Part shown: positions 13,369 to 25,988 of the stretch, piece by piece
How positions within the stretch are numbered: the stretch's first letter is position 1
Layout: the number at the start of each line of letters is the position of its first letter
NCBI RefSeq assembly: GCF_006345805.1
Contig: NC_043003.1
Location: forward strand, 1,984,001-2,048,000
DNA length: 64,000 nt
Reading direction: 5' to 3'
Source of the DNA: Octopus sinensis
Taxonomy: Eukaryota
Program-made: the position numbers and the translations under genes
Notes under the pieces: generated by a model
Told to the model about the DNA's origin: nothing
Seen by the model: the letters and a program-made list of their open reading frames with translations, nothing else
Databases searched by the model: none

Positions 13369-13838
13369 TAAATGTTGAAGTGAATTTAACGGTTTTTTGT
13401 GTTTCTTAAATGGCTTATAAACACCTTCCATGCTGCAATTGTTTATATATATATATATATATAGGATCACACGGTTTTGTTACAACGACGAGGGTCCCAG
13501 CTGATACGATCAACGGAACAGCTTGCTTGTGAAATTAACGTGCAAGTGGCTGTGTACTCCACAGACACTTGTACCCTTAACCTAGTTCTCAGGGAGATTC
13601 AGCATGACACAGAATGTGACAGGGTTGGCCCCTTTGAAATACAGGTACTACTCATTTTTGCCAGCTGAGTGGACTGGAGCAACATGAAGTAAAGTGTCTT
13701 GCTCAACGACACAATGCGTCACCGGGAATCGAACTCACGACCTTACAATTGTGAACCGAATGCCCTAACCACTAAGCCATGCACCTTCACTATATACATA
13801 TATATATGTATATATATATATATATGTATGTATGTATG

Positions 13839-13870
<32 letters not shown>

Positions 13871-14096
13871 ATATGAATATGTATAGTTGGAATTTACAAA
13901 AAACAAAAGATGAAGACAGGTGTGTAACCAACAAACAGGTGTATTAATTTAATGCCTGGGAAGTGAGAGAGTCTTTTACATTTTGAGCCTACGCTCTGCA
14001 ACAGAAAGGAATATGAAGAAATAACCAGAGAGAGAATATATACACACACATACACATATATACATCAATATATATATATATATATATATATATACG

Positions 14097-14133
<37 letters not shown>

Positions 14134-14432
14134 CACCATGATCACCATGACCAACCAGGCTATCAGATGTTGCTACACATCGCTGGTCACAATGCGCTTC
14201 GCATTGTTTTTAGCCTTCAAATGACGCCACCCCGCTGGCTAAGCGAGCAGGCCAACAGAAGAAAGAGTGGGAGAAAGTTGTGGCGAAAGAGTACCCCCCC
14301 CCCCACTGCCAGAGCCTCGTGGGCTTTAGGTGTTTTCGCTCAATAAACACTCACAATGCCCGGTTTGGGAATCAAAACCGCGATCCTACAACTGCGGGTC
14401 CACTGCCCTAACCACTGGGCCATTGCGCCTCC

Positions 14433-14462
14433 ACATATATATATATATAAATATATATATAT

Positions 14463-14508
<46 letters not shown>

Positions 14509-14513
14509 ATATG

Positions 14514-14544
<31 letters not shown>

Positions 14545-14768
14545 ACATATATATATGTGTGTGTGTGTGTATATATATATATCTATGTATATATATATGT
14601 ATATATGTATATATATTATATATATATATAAATATACATATATGTGTGTGTGTGGTGTGTGTGTGTGTGTACATATATATATGTGTGTGTGTGTGTATAT
14701 ATATATATCTATGTATATATATATGTATATATGTATATATATTATATATATATATAAATATACATATA

Positions 14769-14804
<36 letters not shown>

Positions 14805-14930
14805 AATATCTATATGTATGTATGTATATATATATGTATATATATTATATATATATATATATTTACATATACACATGTGTGTATATACATATATGCAAAT
14901 ATGTGTGTATGAGTGTGTGTATGTTTGTGT
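14433..14930. repeat. Compound (TA)n/(TG)n microsatellite with an internal duplicated block
   Basis: Read directly; the ORF track shows the same low-complexity peptide twice. Confidence 0.9.
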
Positions 14931-15713
14931 CTCCTTGTTTTGACATCGCCTGATAGTTGTAAATGATCGTGTCACTGTCATCCAAGCACTGTCCTTCATT
15001 TCCGATATTCTGCGTAAACCTGTCTGGCCATGGGGAAAATATTGCCTTTTGCTTGGAAACAGTTGAGGGTAAGGGTCGGTGACAGGGAGGGGAACCAGTT
15101 GTAGGAAATCTGTCTGACCCATGCAAACATAGAAAAATAAATATTAGAAAGGTGCTGCTGCTGACGATGATGATGATGATGATGATGAAGGACAGCTTTT
15201 TAATACTTAAGCAAAATGCCTAGAAGAGTTTTGAGAAAATTCTTAGCTGTTGCTACCATGAAATATTTCTTTATGTTGAATTCGTTTTAATGACAAATTA
15301 GTGCATTATATTTTTTGTTAGTACGACCATTCTAATTGCCATGGAAGCATGGCCGTGTCTGTGTGGTTAAGAAACTTGCTTGGCAACCACATGGGTTTTT
15401 TTTAATGTCTTTTATTATAGCCCTGCGCCAACCAATGCCTTGTCACTGAACTTAGTTGATAGAAACAGGAAAAGAAAGATGGATGATGGTCACATGTGAG
15501 CAACGGGAGAGAGAAAAAGAGAAAGAGGGGAGAGAGAGAGAGACAGACAGATAGAAAATGGTGAAGGGGAGGATGGGGGTAATATATATATATATATATC
15601 AGTTGAATAAAGTTACAACATGGTCATGGTTTTCACTATTGTATTAAAAAAAAATTTTTAGTGTTGAAGTGTGTTAAACATTAAAAAAATATTCTGTAAT
15701 GTTCACATAGTTC

Positions 15714-15751
15714 AATTAGCGCTTTCATACGTTCTTAGTAATCATCAGATT
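15714..15751 (-). ncRNA. Minimal type I hammerhead ribozyme motif
   Basis: Minus strand reads AAT-CTGATGA-TTAC-TAAGAAC-GTAT-GAAA-GCGC-TA-ATT. Canonical core, palindromic AGCGCT stem III, short stems I and II. Confidence 0.6.
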
Positions 15752-15993
15752 TCAAAATGTATTTAACTGACAGTTGAATTGAGTGCTTGACAACTGTAGT
15801 CAAATGACTGACTTCTTCCTTTTTATACCTCTTTGAAGGCTCCAGCAAGATGAATTTTTCAAATACGGTTTTGACCAATCAGTATGCAGCTTAAACATCA
15901 CAGTTTCCCAGGTGCACTGATATTACTGGCAAAAAAAACTTGTAAACCAGACCATGTTGTAACTTTATTCAACTGATATATTATTCTATACAC

Positions 15994-16155
15994 AGGAGCA
16001 GGAGTGGCTGTGTGGTAAGTAACTTGCTTACCAGCCACATGTTTCTGGATTCAGTCCCGCTGCATGGCACCATGGGTAAGTGTCTTCTACTATAGCCCTC
16101 AGGCTGACCAAAGCCTTGTGAGTGGATGTGATAGATGGAAACTGAAAGAAGCCTG

Positions 16156-16192
<37 letters not shown>

Positions 16193-16428
16193 TACACACA
16201 TATATATATATATATATGTTTGTGTGTCTGTATTTGTCCCCCCGCCATCACTTGACAACTGATGTTGGTGTGTTTATGTCCCCTGTAACTTGGTGGTTTG
16301 GCAAAAGAGACTGATAGAATAAGTACTAGGCTTACAAAGAATAAGTCCTGGAGTTGATCTGTTTGACTAAAGGTGGTGCTCCAGCATGGCCACAGTCAAT
16401 GACTGAAACAAATAAAAGAATAAAAGAA
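15994..16428 (+). mobile_element. tRNA-derived SINE family A (full length, internal microsatellite)
   Basis: Head GGAGTGGCTGTGTGGTAAG...GGATTCAGTCCC (A/B-box-like), tail CCAGCATGGCCACAGTCAATGACTGAAAC. Confidence 0.85.
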
Positions 16429-16520
16429 TTTACACAAATTTGGAAAAAAAAAAATCTTTTATCTTTTACTGGTTTCAGCCCAGGGCTGAGGTCATGCTGG
16501 AGCAACACCTGTAGCGTAAT

Positions 16521-19290
16521 ATCATCATCATCATCATTTAGCGTCCGTTTTCCATGCTAGCATGTGGTTGGACGGTTCAACTGGGGTCTTGGAAGCCCGA
16601 AGGCTGCACCAGGCAGTCAGATCTGGCTTGTTTCTACAGCTGGATTCCCTTCCTAACCGCAACCACTCCGAGAGTGTAAGTGGTTGCTTTTACTGCCACC
16701 GACACAGTGCCAGACGAGGCTGGCGAACGGCCCGCTCGGATGGTGTTTTTTGTGCCAACCGACACAGGTGCCAGACGAGGCTGGCGAACGGCCACGCTCG
16801 GATGGTGTTTTTAATGTGCACCGACACAGGTGCCAGACGAGGCTGGCGAACGGCCACGCTCGAATGGTGTTTTTATGTGCCAAAACCGACACAGGTGCCA
16901 GACGAGGCTGGCGAACGGCCACGCTCGGATGGTGTTTTTATGTGCCACGACACAGGTGCCAGACGAGGCTGGCAGACGGCCACGCTCGATGGTTTGTTTT
17001 ATGTGCCACCGACACAGGTGCCAGACGAGGATGGCAGACGGCCACGCTCGGATGGTGTTTTTATGTGCCACCGACACAGGTGCCAGATGACGCTGGCAGG
17101 TGCCAGACGAGGCTGGCAGACGGCCACGCTCGGATGGTGTTTTTATGTGCCACCGACACAGTGCCAGATGAGGCTGGCGGACGGCCACGATCGGATGGTG
17201 TTTGTTACGTCCCCAAAGCACGGAGGCCAGTCTATGCAGTACTGGCTACGGCCACGTTCGGATGATTTTCTTGTGTGCCACCGGCACTGGTACCACAAAG
17301 ATACAAATTCCATTTATGCTCATCTATTTTGATTTGTTTTGATTTGATTTGATTTTCACTTGCCTCACAAGGTCTTCACAAGTGTCACTTGCCTCAACAG
17401 GTCTTCACAAGTGTCACAAGAAGAGGTATGCACAGGTGGACTGTCTACGTCGCCGGGTCTTCGGATGGTGTCTTTATGTGCACCACACACAGGTGCCAGA
17501 TGTGGCTGGCGAACGGCCACGATCGGATGGTTTTCTTGTGTGCCACCGGTACTGGAACCACAAAGATACAAATTCCATTGATGTTCATCTATTTTGATTT
17601 GGTTTGATTTTCACTTGCCTCAACAGGTCTTCACAAGTGTCACGCGTGTCCTTGTGTGCCACCGTACTGGAACCACAAAGATACAAATTCCATTGATGTT
17701 CATCTATTTTGATTTGGTTTGATTTTCACTTGCCTCAACAGGTCTTCACAAGTGTCACGCGTGTCACACACTTGCCTCAACAGGTCTCCACAAGTGTCAC
17801 ACACTTGCCTCTGCCTCAACAGGTCTTCACAAGTGTCACACACTTGCCTCTGCCTCAACAGGTCTTCACAAGTGTCATAAGAGGGAAGGTATGCACAGGT
17901 GGACTGACTACGTCGCCGGGTCTTTGGATGGTGTTTTTATGTGCCACCGACACAGGTGCCAGGTGAGGCTGGCGAACGGCCACGATCAGATGGTGTTTGT
18001 TGTGCCCACAGCACGGAGGCCAGTCGATGCGGTACCAGCTACGGCCACTTCGGATGGTTTTCTTGTGCCCACCGGTACTGGAACCACAAAGATACAAATT
18101 CCATTGATATTCATCTATTTTGATTTGGTTTGATTTTTGATTTTTGATTTTCACTTGCCTCAACAGGTCTTCACAAGTGTCACACACTTGCCTCAACAGG
18201 TCTTCACAAGTGTCATAAGAGGGAAGGTATGCACAGGTGGACTGACTACGTCGCCGGGTCTTCGGATGGTGTCTTTATGTGCCACCGGCACAGGTGCCAG
18301 ATGAGGCTGGCGAACGGCCACGATCGGATGGTGTTTGTTGTGCCCACAGCACGGAGGCCAGTCGATGCGGTACTGGTTACGGCCACGTTTGGGTGGTTTT
18401 CTTGTGTGCCACCGGCACTGGTACCACAAAGAATACAATTCCACTGATGTTCATCTATTTTGATTTGTTTTGATTTGATTTGATTTTCACTTGCCTCAAC
18501 AGGTCTTCATAAGTGTCACAAGAAGGAAGGTATGCACAGGACTGACTACGTCCCAGGTCGGGGCCACGGGTTATGGCCTGACTAGTCTTGGCCGGGTCTT
18601 CTCATGCACAGCATACTTCCATAGGTCTCGGTCTCTAGACATTTCCTTAGTGAGACCTAAAGTTCGAAGGTCGTGCTTCACCACCTCGTCCCAGGTTTTC
18701 CTGGGTCTACCTCTTCCACAGGTTCCCTCCACTGCTAGGGTGTAGCACTTTTGCACACAACTATCTTCAGCCTTTCTTGTCACATGACCATACCAGCGCA
18801 GCCATCTCTCTTGCACGCCACAACTGACGCTTCTTAGGTTCAGCTTTTCTCTCAAGGAACTTACACTCTGACGATTATGAACACTGACATTACACATCCA
18901 TCGGAGCATACTGGCTTCATTTCTTGCGAGCTTACGCATATCCTCAGCAGTCACGGCCCATGTTTCACTACCATGTAGCATGGCTGTACGTACACATGCA
19001 TCATACAGTCTGCCTTTTACTCTGAGCGAGAGGCCTTTTGTCACCAGCAGGGGTAAGAGCTCTCTAAACTTTGCCCAGGCTATTCTTACTCTAGCAGTTA
19101 CACTTTCAGCACACCCACCCCCGCTACTGACTTGGTCTCCTAGGTAGCGGAAGCTATCAACTACTTCTAGTTTGTCTCCCTGGAACGTGGCAGAAGTTGG
19201 TCTCTGCATATTTCCAGTGTTTATTGCTCCTGAGCATTTGCCACAGACAAAAACTATTTTCCTAGTTAGCCTTCCTTTGACATTGCTGCA
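16521..19290 (-). mobile_element. 5'-truncated RTE-clade LINE with a long repeat-containing 3' UTR and (GAT)n tail
   Basis: ORF 18571-19464 segment FVCGKC, VDSFRYLGD, RVKGRLYDACVRTAMLHGSETW, RLRWYGHV-like, GRGRPRKTW. Tail appears as (CAT)n at 16521-16537. Confidence 0.92.
16693..18540. repeat. About 62-bp GC-rich tandem units plus higher-order duplicated blocks inside the RTE 3' UTR
   Basis: Unit GTGCCACCGACACAGGTGCCAGACGAGGCTGGCGAACGGCCACGCTCGGATGGTGTTTTTAT repeats about 8 times to about 17200. Larger blocks with CACTTGCCTCAACAGGTCTTCACAAGTGT subrepeats follow. Confidence 0.9.
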
Positions 19291-21289
19291 TACGTACATG
19301 TGTGTGATTGTGTGTGTGTGTGTGTATGCCATGTGTGTGTGTGTATGCCATGTGTGTGTGTGTGTGTGTGTGTGTGTATGCCATGTGTGTGTGTGTGTGT
19401 GTGTGTATGCCATGTGTGTGTGTGTGTGTTTTGTGTTTGTCCCCCACCCTCCACCGCTTAACAACTGGTGTTGGTTCGTTTACATCCTTGTAACTTTGCA
19501 GTTTAATAAAACAATAGAATAAATACCAGACTTTTTAAAATAAAATAAGTGCTGGGGTTGATTTGTTTGACTAAACCCCCTCCAGGCAGTGCCCCAACAT
19601 GGCCGTAGTCCAATGATTGAAACAACAACAAAAAAAAAGAAAGAAAGATAAATCTCACAAGCTAAATGTAACACCAAAGTGTTTTAGTTTGAAAAACTAC
19701 GTCAAACATTTTTATTAGTAACGTACGATAAATCCCCATAAATTAACGAGAAAGCTGAGACGTCCTCAAATGGAACACTAACATAATACAATGACCGTAT
19801 TTGTGGCAAAGTTCAAAATAGATAAACCAGATCGAAGACCTTTGGAGCTGAAGTTTTTTATCTTTTATTTGTATTTGAAAGTCAACTGAAGTGAAGAGAA
19901 AAAAATTGAGATTATCAAATTTGTTCACAACCCTTACCAAACGTGTGTGTGTGGCTCTGTATCTGTGTTTGTCCACCCACAACTGACTGGCATCTGGTGT
20001 TGCTGTGTTTAGGTCCCTATAGCTTAGTGGTTCAGCAAAAGAGACCAATAGAATAAGGACCATATGTGTGTGTGTGTTTGTCCCTGCCAACTGATTGACA
20101 AACAGTGTATCATTTAACATTCATTTTCCATGCTGGCATGGGTTGGACAGACTGAATGTGTGTGTGAGTGTGTGTGTGTGTGTATGTGAATGTGTGTATG
20201 CATGTATGTACATGCATGTGTATGTCTGTGTGTTTGTGTTTGTCCCCCACTACTGCTTGACAATCGATGTTAGTTTGTTTCCATCCCCATAAACTAGCAG
20301 TTCAAGGGATACTTGATAAAGTACTGGACTTAAAAATGTACTGGGGTCAATTTGTTCTCCTAAACCCCTGAGGGTGGTGCCCCAGCATGGCCACAGTCCA
20401 ATGACTGAAACAAATACAATAAGTAAAAGACAAAACATGAAACTAATTATGAAAGAAACTCAGAACTGAGTATCAACACTCAGTTCTGAGTACAGTAATC
20501 CCTTGCCATGGCACAGTTTATTATTTAATCTTACATCAATTCCTCCATTGTGTTGTTTTGCATTTATAATAAAATAAATATAAACAAATTATGAAAATGA
20601 TTTTTAAAAAATATACAGTACAGTAGTGTTTCTACCTCATGGATTTTCATTCATATATTCATCACTGAAACAAAAACAAGTGTTGATAGAGGCAAATGTA
20701 GGCTACATGTTAAATTGCCACACAAGATGAGAATTTATTTTACTTTGTTATCGCTGTAATTATAGTAAAGTTCTCCTCACGGTAGGCTACTGATATTAGG
20801 TTATAGTAAACCACTCAGACTTCCTTTTCTTGATAACTGCTAGGGATGTTAAAACAAAGTACATTAAATAAGAGAGCCAGGTTACGTGAAAAGCAGTTTA
20901 GTAGTAAGTTTAGTTATTTATGAAAGTGATCAATGTTTGAAATTTAGAGATGGAAAACAACTGTTTCGTGATAGCCATAGCTTACTCTTTACTCTTTTAC
21001 TCTTTTACTTGTTTCAGTCATTTGACTGCGGCCATGCTGGAGCACTGCCTTTAGTCGAGCAAATCGACCCCGGAACTTATTCTTTGTACGCCCAGTACTT
21101 ATTCTATCGGTCTCTTTTGCCGAACCGCTAAGTGATGGGGACGTAAACACACCAGCATCGGTTGTCAAGCAATGCTAGGGGGACAAACACAGACACACAA
21201 ACACACACACACATACATATATATACATATATACGACAGGCTTCTTTCAGTTTCCGTCTACCAAATCCACTCACAAGAATCCACTCACA

Positions 21290-23065
21290 AGAAGAACAAA
21301 TCCAAGATTGTTTATCCGGATTGCCCTTCAGCTTTAAAACCAGTTGCTCATGCTGCTGAAAATATTCCAATTCCAGAACCTCCCTCATCTTTTGACAAAG
21401 ATAGTTTAAGTGAAGAAAGTACTGCATCTACTTCAATTGAAGTCGTGACGAATGACACAAATCAGGATCGTCACTCTGACAAACCAGGGTCTTCAAAAAA
21501 AGTTTCTCATTTATGAAGTCAACTTGAGTTAAATGATTTAGTTAGAGACTTGGGTTTAACAAAAGAAACGTCAGAACTACTGGGCTCCAGGTTGAAACAA
21601 TGGAATCTTTTACACAAAGGTGTAAAATGCTCATATTTTTGAAAATGGCATACAGAATTGCATGAATTTTTCTACAGAGAAAGATGGTATTTGTTTTTGT
21701 TGTGATGTTGAAGGACTCCTACGTGAGATGGGGTACAGCCATAATCCCAAAGAATGGAGACTCTTCATAGATTCCAGCAAAGCAAGTCTAAAAGCTGTTT
21801 TGCTGCATAATGGCAATCAAAACCTTTCAATACCACTAGCACATGAAGGTAGGATTAAAGGAAACTTATGAATCAATGGATAAAATTTTGCACTTGATTA
21901 AATATTCTGAGCACAAGTGGAAAATATGCGGGGACTTGGAAGTTATTGGTTTGCTTCTTGGGTTGCAAATGGGGTATACAAAGCATCAGAGCTTTTGTGC
22001 CTTTGGAACAGCAGAGATGACTAGCCAAAAACAGCAGAGATGACACCAAAAAGAGTGGCCAAAGGGAAGTGATTTCACCCCAGGGAAATATATCCCTTTA
22101 TGTGACCCTCATAAAATTTATCTTCTTCCCTTACTCATTAAACTTGGCTTAAATCCTTAAAATCCTTAAAAATGTTTTAACCCGAAGGCCATGGCCATGC
22201 TGGGGCACCACCGGTGAAAACGATTAACTTGTCGTCCCTGGCTTGTTTAAGAATTTTGTTAAGGCCATGAATGAAGATGGTGAAAGATTCAAATCTCTCA
22301 GTGAAAAGTTTGTTTCTAGCAAGAGTGAAGCTAAGATCAAAGCTGGTGTTTTTAACGGACCAGAATTTTGCACACTAATTTGTGAAGAGCCTTTTCAAGA
22401 AAAATTAAGCTCAGTAGAGAAAGCTGTTTGGGAATAGTTTGATTCTCTTGTAAAAAAAATTTTGGGAAAAGAAAAATCATCTACGTTGCAATTGGGAATG
22501 AATTTTTGAAGGCTTCTAAGCAACTTAAGGCAAGAATGTCTCTAAAAATTCATTTTCTTCACTCTCATCTTGACTTTTTCCCACCCAATATGGGTGATGT
22601 GAGCAATGAGCATGGTGAACGATTTCATCAAGAAATCAGAGATAGAAAGCCGCTACAGGGGCAGACTTACACCAAACATGCTGATGGACTATTGCTGGTT
22701 TTTAGAACGAGAAACAGACATGAAACATAAGCGTAAAAGACGACGCCAAAACTATTTTTGAAAAAAACATAAAATGAATTATATTCACTTTACACTTTTG
22801 TTTCATGTTTTATTGGTTTTAGAGCTACTTGTCCACCAAATTGTTATTGTTCTTATACCAAATAACAGTAATTAACGCTTAACATAACAGTTATTTTATT
22901 TGTCATGAATTTTCACATTATTGTAATTTTGATAGCAGTATAACAATGATAGCGCAAAAACGTGAGGTGCTAGAGCAAAAGTAATTGCAGATTTGGAATC
23001 GGTGCTCCCGAATTACCTATAAGCACCATTTTGTCCAATAGTAGCAAAAATTTTATTGCCTAGTG
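21290..23065 (+). mobile_element. Degenerate DNA transposon, Chapaev3-like (CMC) transposase pseudogene
   Basis: Fragments EWRLFIDSSKASLKAVLLHNGN, WKICGDLEVIGLLLGLQMGYTK, IKLGL.KNFVKAM, MSLKIHFLHSHLDFFP.N.G.VS.EHGERFHQ. Right end ...TTGCCTAGTG gives a CACT-type terminus. The family name is from recall. Confidence 0.75.
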
Positions 23066-23187
23066 AAACCGGGGTTGGTTTGTTTATGGTCTTATAACTT
23101 TGCATTTTGACAAAAGGATCGACAAACTATCTAACAGAATTTTTGCCTTGCTTAAAAACAAAACAAAAAAAAAACGTCCTAGTGTCA

Positions 23188-23747
23188 CTAGGGTAACTAG
23201 AGTGTGTGCCGCTTGTGGTGGCCCTTCCGTTTTCCACCCCTGGACCCCACAAAAGGCACATATTTATTTCTTTATTGCCCACAGGGGGCTAAATGTAGAG
23301 GGCACAAACAAGGACAAGCAAAGGAATTAAGTCGATTACATCGACCCCAGTGAGTAACTGGTACTTATTTAATCGACCCCGAAAGGATGAAAGGCAAAGT
23401 CGACCTCGGTGGAATTTGTACTCAGAAATACCTATTTCTTTACTACCCACAAGGGGCTAAACACAGAGGGGACAAACAAGGCCAGACAAACGGATTAAGT
23501 CGATTACATCGACGCTAGTGCGTAACTGGTACTTAATTTATCGACCTCGAAAGGATGAAAGGCAAAGTCGACCTCGACAGAATTTGAACTCAGAAATACC
23601 GCAAAGCATTTCGCCCGGCGTGCTAACGTTTCTGCCAGCTCGCCAAAAGAGACATATTGCCTACAGCAGACTCCAAAGTGGTACCCCTTTAGAAGTGCCA
23701 CCCGGGGCAGACCGTCCCCACCGTGCTCCTACCTTAGCTACGCTAGT
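23188..23747. mobile_element. MITE-like element with short TIRs carrying two tandem SINE-domain copies; related inverted copy at about 27800-27915
   Basis: ACTAGGGTAACTAG ... TTAGCTACGCTAGT ends. A roughly 165-bp block containing ATCGACCCCGAAAGGATGAAAGGCAAAGTCGACC is duplicated internally. Confidence 0.5.
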
Positions 23748-24033
23748 ACCTGGTGTCGCTTTGTTCGCCTAAACTTTTCAAGGCGTTGCTCCAGCATGGC
23801 CGCAGTCCAATGCATGAGGCAAGTGTAGGAAAGATTATAAAGAGGACACGAATAAATGACTTCTAAAAACGGCAATGTTTATGATTTCCTGACATCGTGG
23901 TTTTAGAAAGAGAGATATTTTCGGCAAAGTGTCAACAACTGTGACATAATTTGGCAGATGACAGAAAATGTGACCGAAGCTGACATTGTCTTGAAAACGT
24001 TGAGTTCATTCCAGTAAATGACCTGAACGGAAA

Positions 24034-24302
<269 letters not shown>

Positions 24303-24584
24303 TACATACATACACAGACATACATACAGATAGACACATTGATGAATGGATAGCTAGATAGTTAGCTAGATAGACTAGTACGTGTACACACCCACACATA
24401 CACATGTATATATATATGTACATATATAAAAGCGACCTCTGCAGATGATGTAGTTGTTAATTTTGTTACATTGCCCTTTCAAATAAATCTGTTTTTTTTT
24501 ATCACCAACAATGTTATTATCGCTAAACTAAACACTATTTCGGCAAGAATGCCGTACTCTAACAATCGTTCGCCCTTCTTACTC

Positions 24585-24648
24585 TGGACTTTGGTTCGTT
24601 ATTGACAATTTTTTTACTATCTCCAGTCGCATCTTCATTAAATATAAT
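24585..24648 (+). promoter_or_regulatory. Putative MTTP distal promoter: HNF4-type DR1 site and TATA-like element
   Basis: TGGACTTTGGTTC at 24585-24597 (reverse complement GAACCAAAGTCCA, containing the CAAAGTCCA HNF4 core). TAAATATAAT at 24639-24648, about 90 nt upstream of ATG 24731. Confidence 0.45.
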
Positions 24649-24730
24649 TTCCACTTTACCCCACTCCGCTTTCGGTAGCTTTATCATATGAAACAAAACT
24701 GTTACAGCTTAGCAGAGCAATTAACTAGAC

Positions 24731-24803
24731 ATGTTGCCTTTTAATACACTTTACAAGACTGGTTTTCTGGTATTCGCTTCCTTATTTATTATTAATGTCG
24801 CTG
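24731..24803 (+). CDS. MTTP: MTTP candidate first coding exon 1A (signal peptide MLPFNTLYKTGFLVFASLFIINVA)
   Basis: gacATG start, hydrophobic 24-aa leader, donor G|GTAAGT at 24804 in phase 1. G+AT gives Asp, in frame with exon 48307. Confidence 0.7.
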
Positions 24804-25139
24804 GTAAGTTTTACTTTTTATTTCGCATCTTCGAAGAATTATCTTAATTTACGGGGGTTCAAACTTGCTCCCAAGACACTGCTTTGACTATCGAAGGATT
24901 TTCCTATATTCAAATGTGGTGTGTATGTTTCATGATGGATAAATAAGGATGAGAACAATCAACCGTTTCGCAGTGTTTCATATTCTTCTTGTATATACAT
25001 CGTTCGGTTGTCATTCATAAAATATTTATATATAATATATATTTCTATATTCTTTTCTGCTGTTTACTCTTCAGACATACATACATGTATATAATACATA
25101 TATACATACATTCACATATACATTCGTACATATACACAT

Positions 25140-25202
<63 letters not shown>

Positions 25203-25627
25203 TAACATACATCTAGTCATATATACACACATACACGTTCGCATATACATTAAATGACATTCACATGCATACATATACATATATAAACATACATTTACAT
25301 ATGTCCATGCGCACACACACACACCCACCCGCATAAACCGAAGGAGCCCCCCCCCCCGTTTCTTCATTAAAATCTGCCACGTGTCTGTAGGTGCCAGCAG
25401 CTGTCTTTGGTTCTTTATTACTCACCATCGTTGCCAGACCGGACCAAATGCTTGGCAGCATTTCTTTCGGCTTTGTACGTTTTAAGTTTGTCTTTCGTCT
25501 CTTTCGATAAAATAAGTACCAGTTATACACTGGGGTCGAAGATATCACCAAATCCCCTTCCTTCCAAATTACTAGCCTAAGGAAACATGGACATATCATG
25601 TGTGTGTGTGTGTGTGTGTGTGTATAG

Positions 25628-25988
25628 GGGCAGGTGTAGCTGTGTGATAAGAAGTTTGCTTCCCAACCACATGGTTCCAGGTTCAATTCCAGTGTTGGGC
25701 AAACGTACTCTACTATAGCCTCGGGCCGACTAAAGCTTTGTGAATGGATTTGGTTGATGGAAATTGAAAGAAGCCCATTATATATGTGTGTGTGTGTGTG
25801 CACGCGCGCGCGCGTTGTGTGGGTAGTGCATTCGTAACCTAGCGGTTCGGCAGAAGGAACCGATACAATAAGTGCCAGGATTTTTAAAAAAAACAAATTA
25901 TATCCTGGTGTCGACTTGTTCGACTAAAATTCTTCAAGGCAGTACTCCAGCATGGCCGCAGCCTAATGACTGAAACAAGAAAAAAGAC
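25628..25988 (+). mobile_element. SINE family A copy
   Basis: Same head and tail as 15994-16428. Confidence 0.75.

Noticed and set aside
14330-14953. Long Y/I/C/V/M- or H/T-rich ORFs (also 1045-1338, 6503-6976, 26954-27310, 38510-39060)
   Set aside because: Stop-free microsatellite translations.
16562-17332. 256-aa and overlapping ORFs as genes
   Set aside because: They are translations of the RTE 3' UTR tandem repeat and are open in several frames on both strands.
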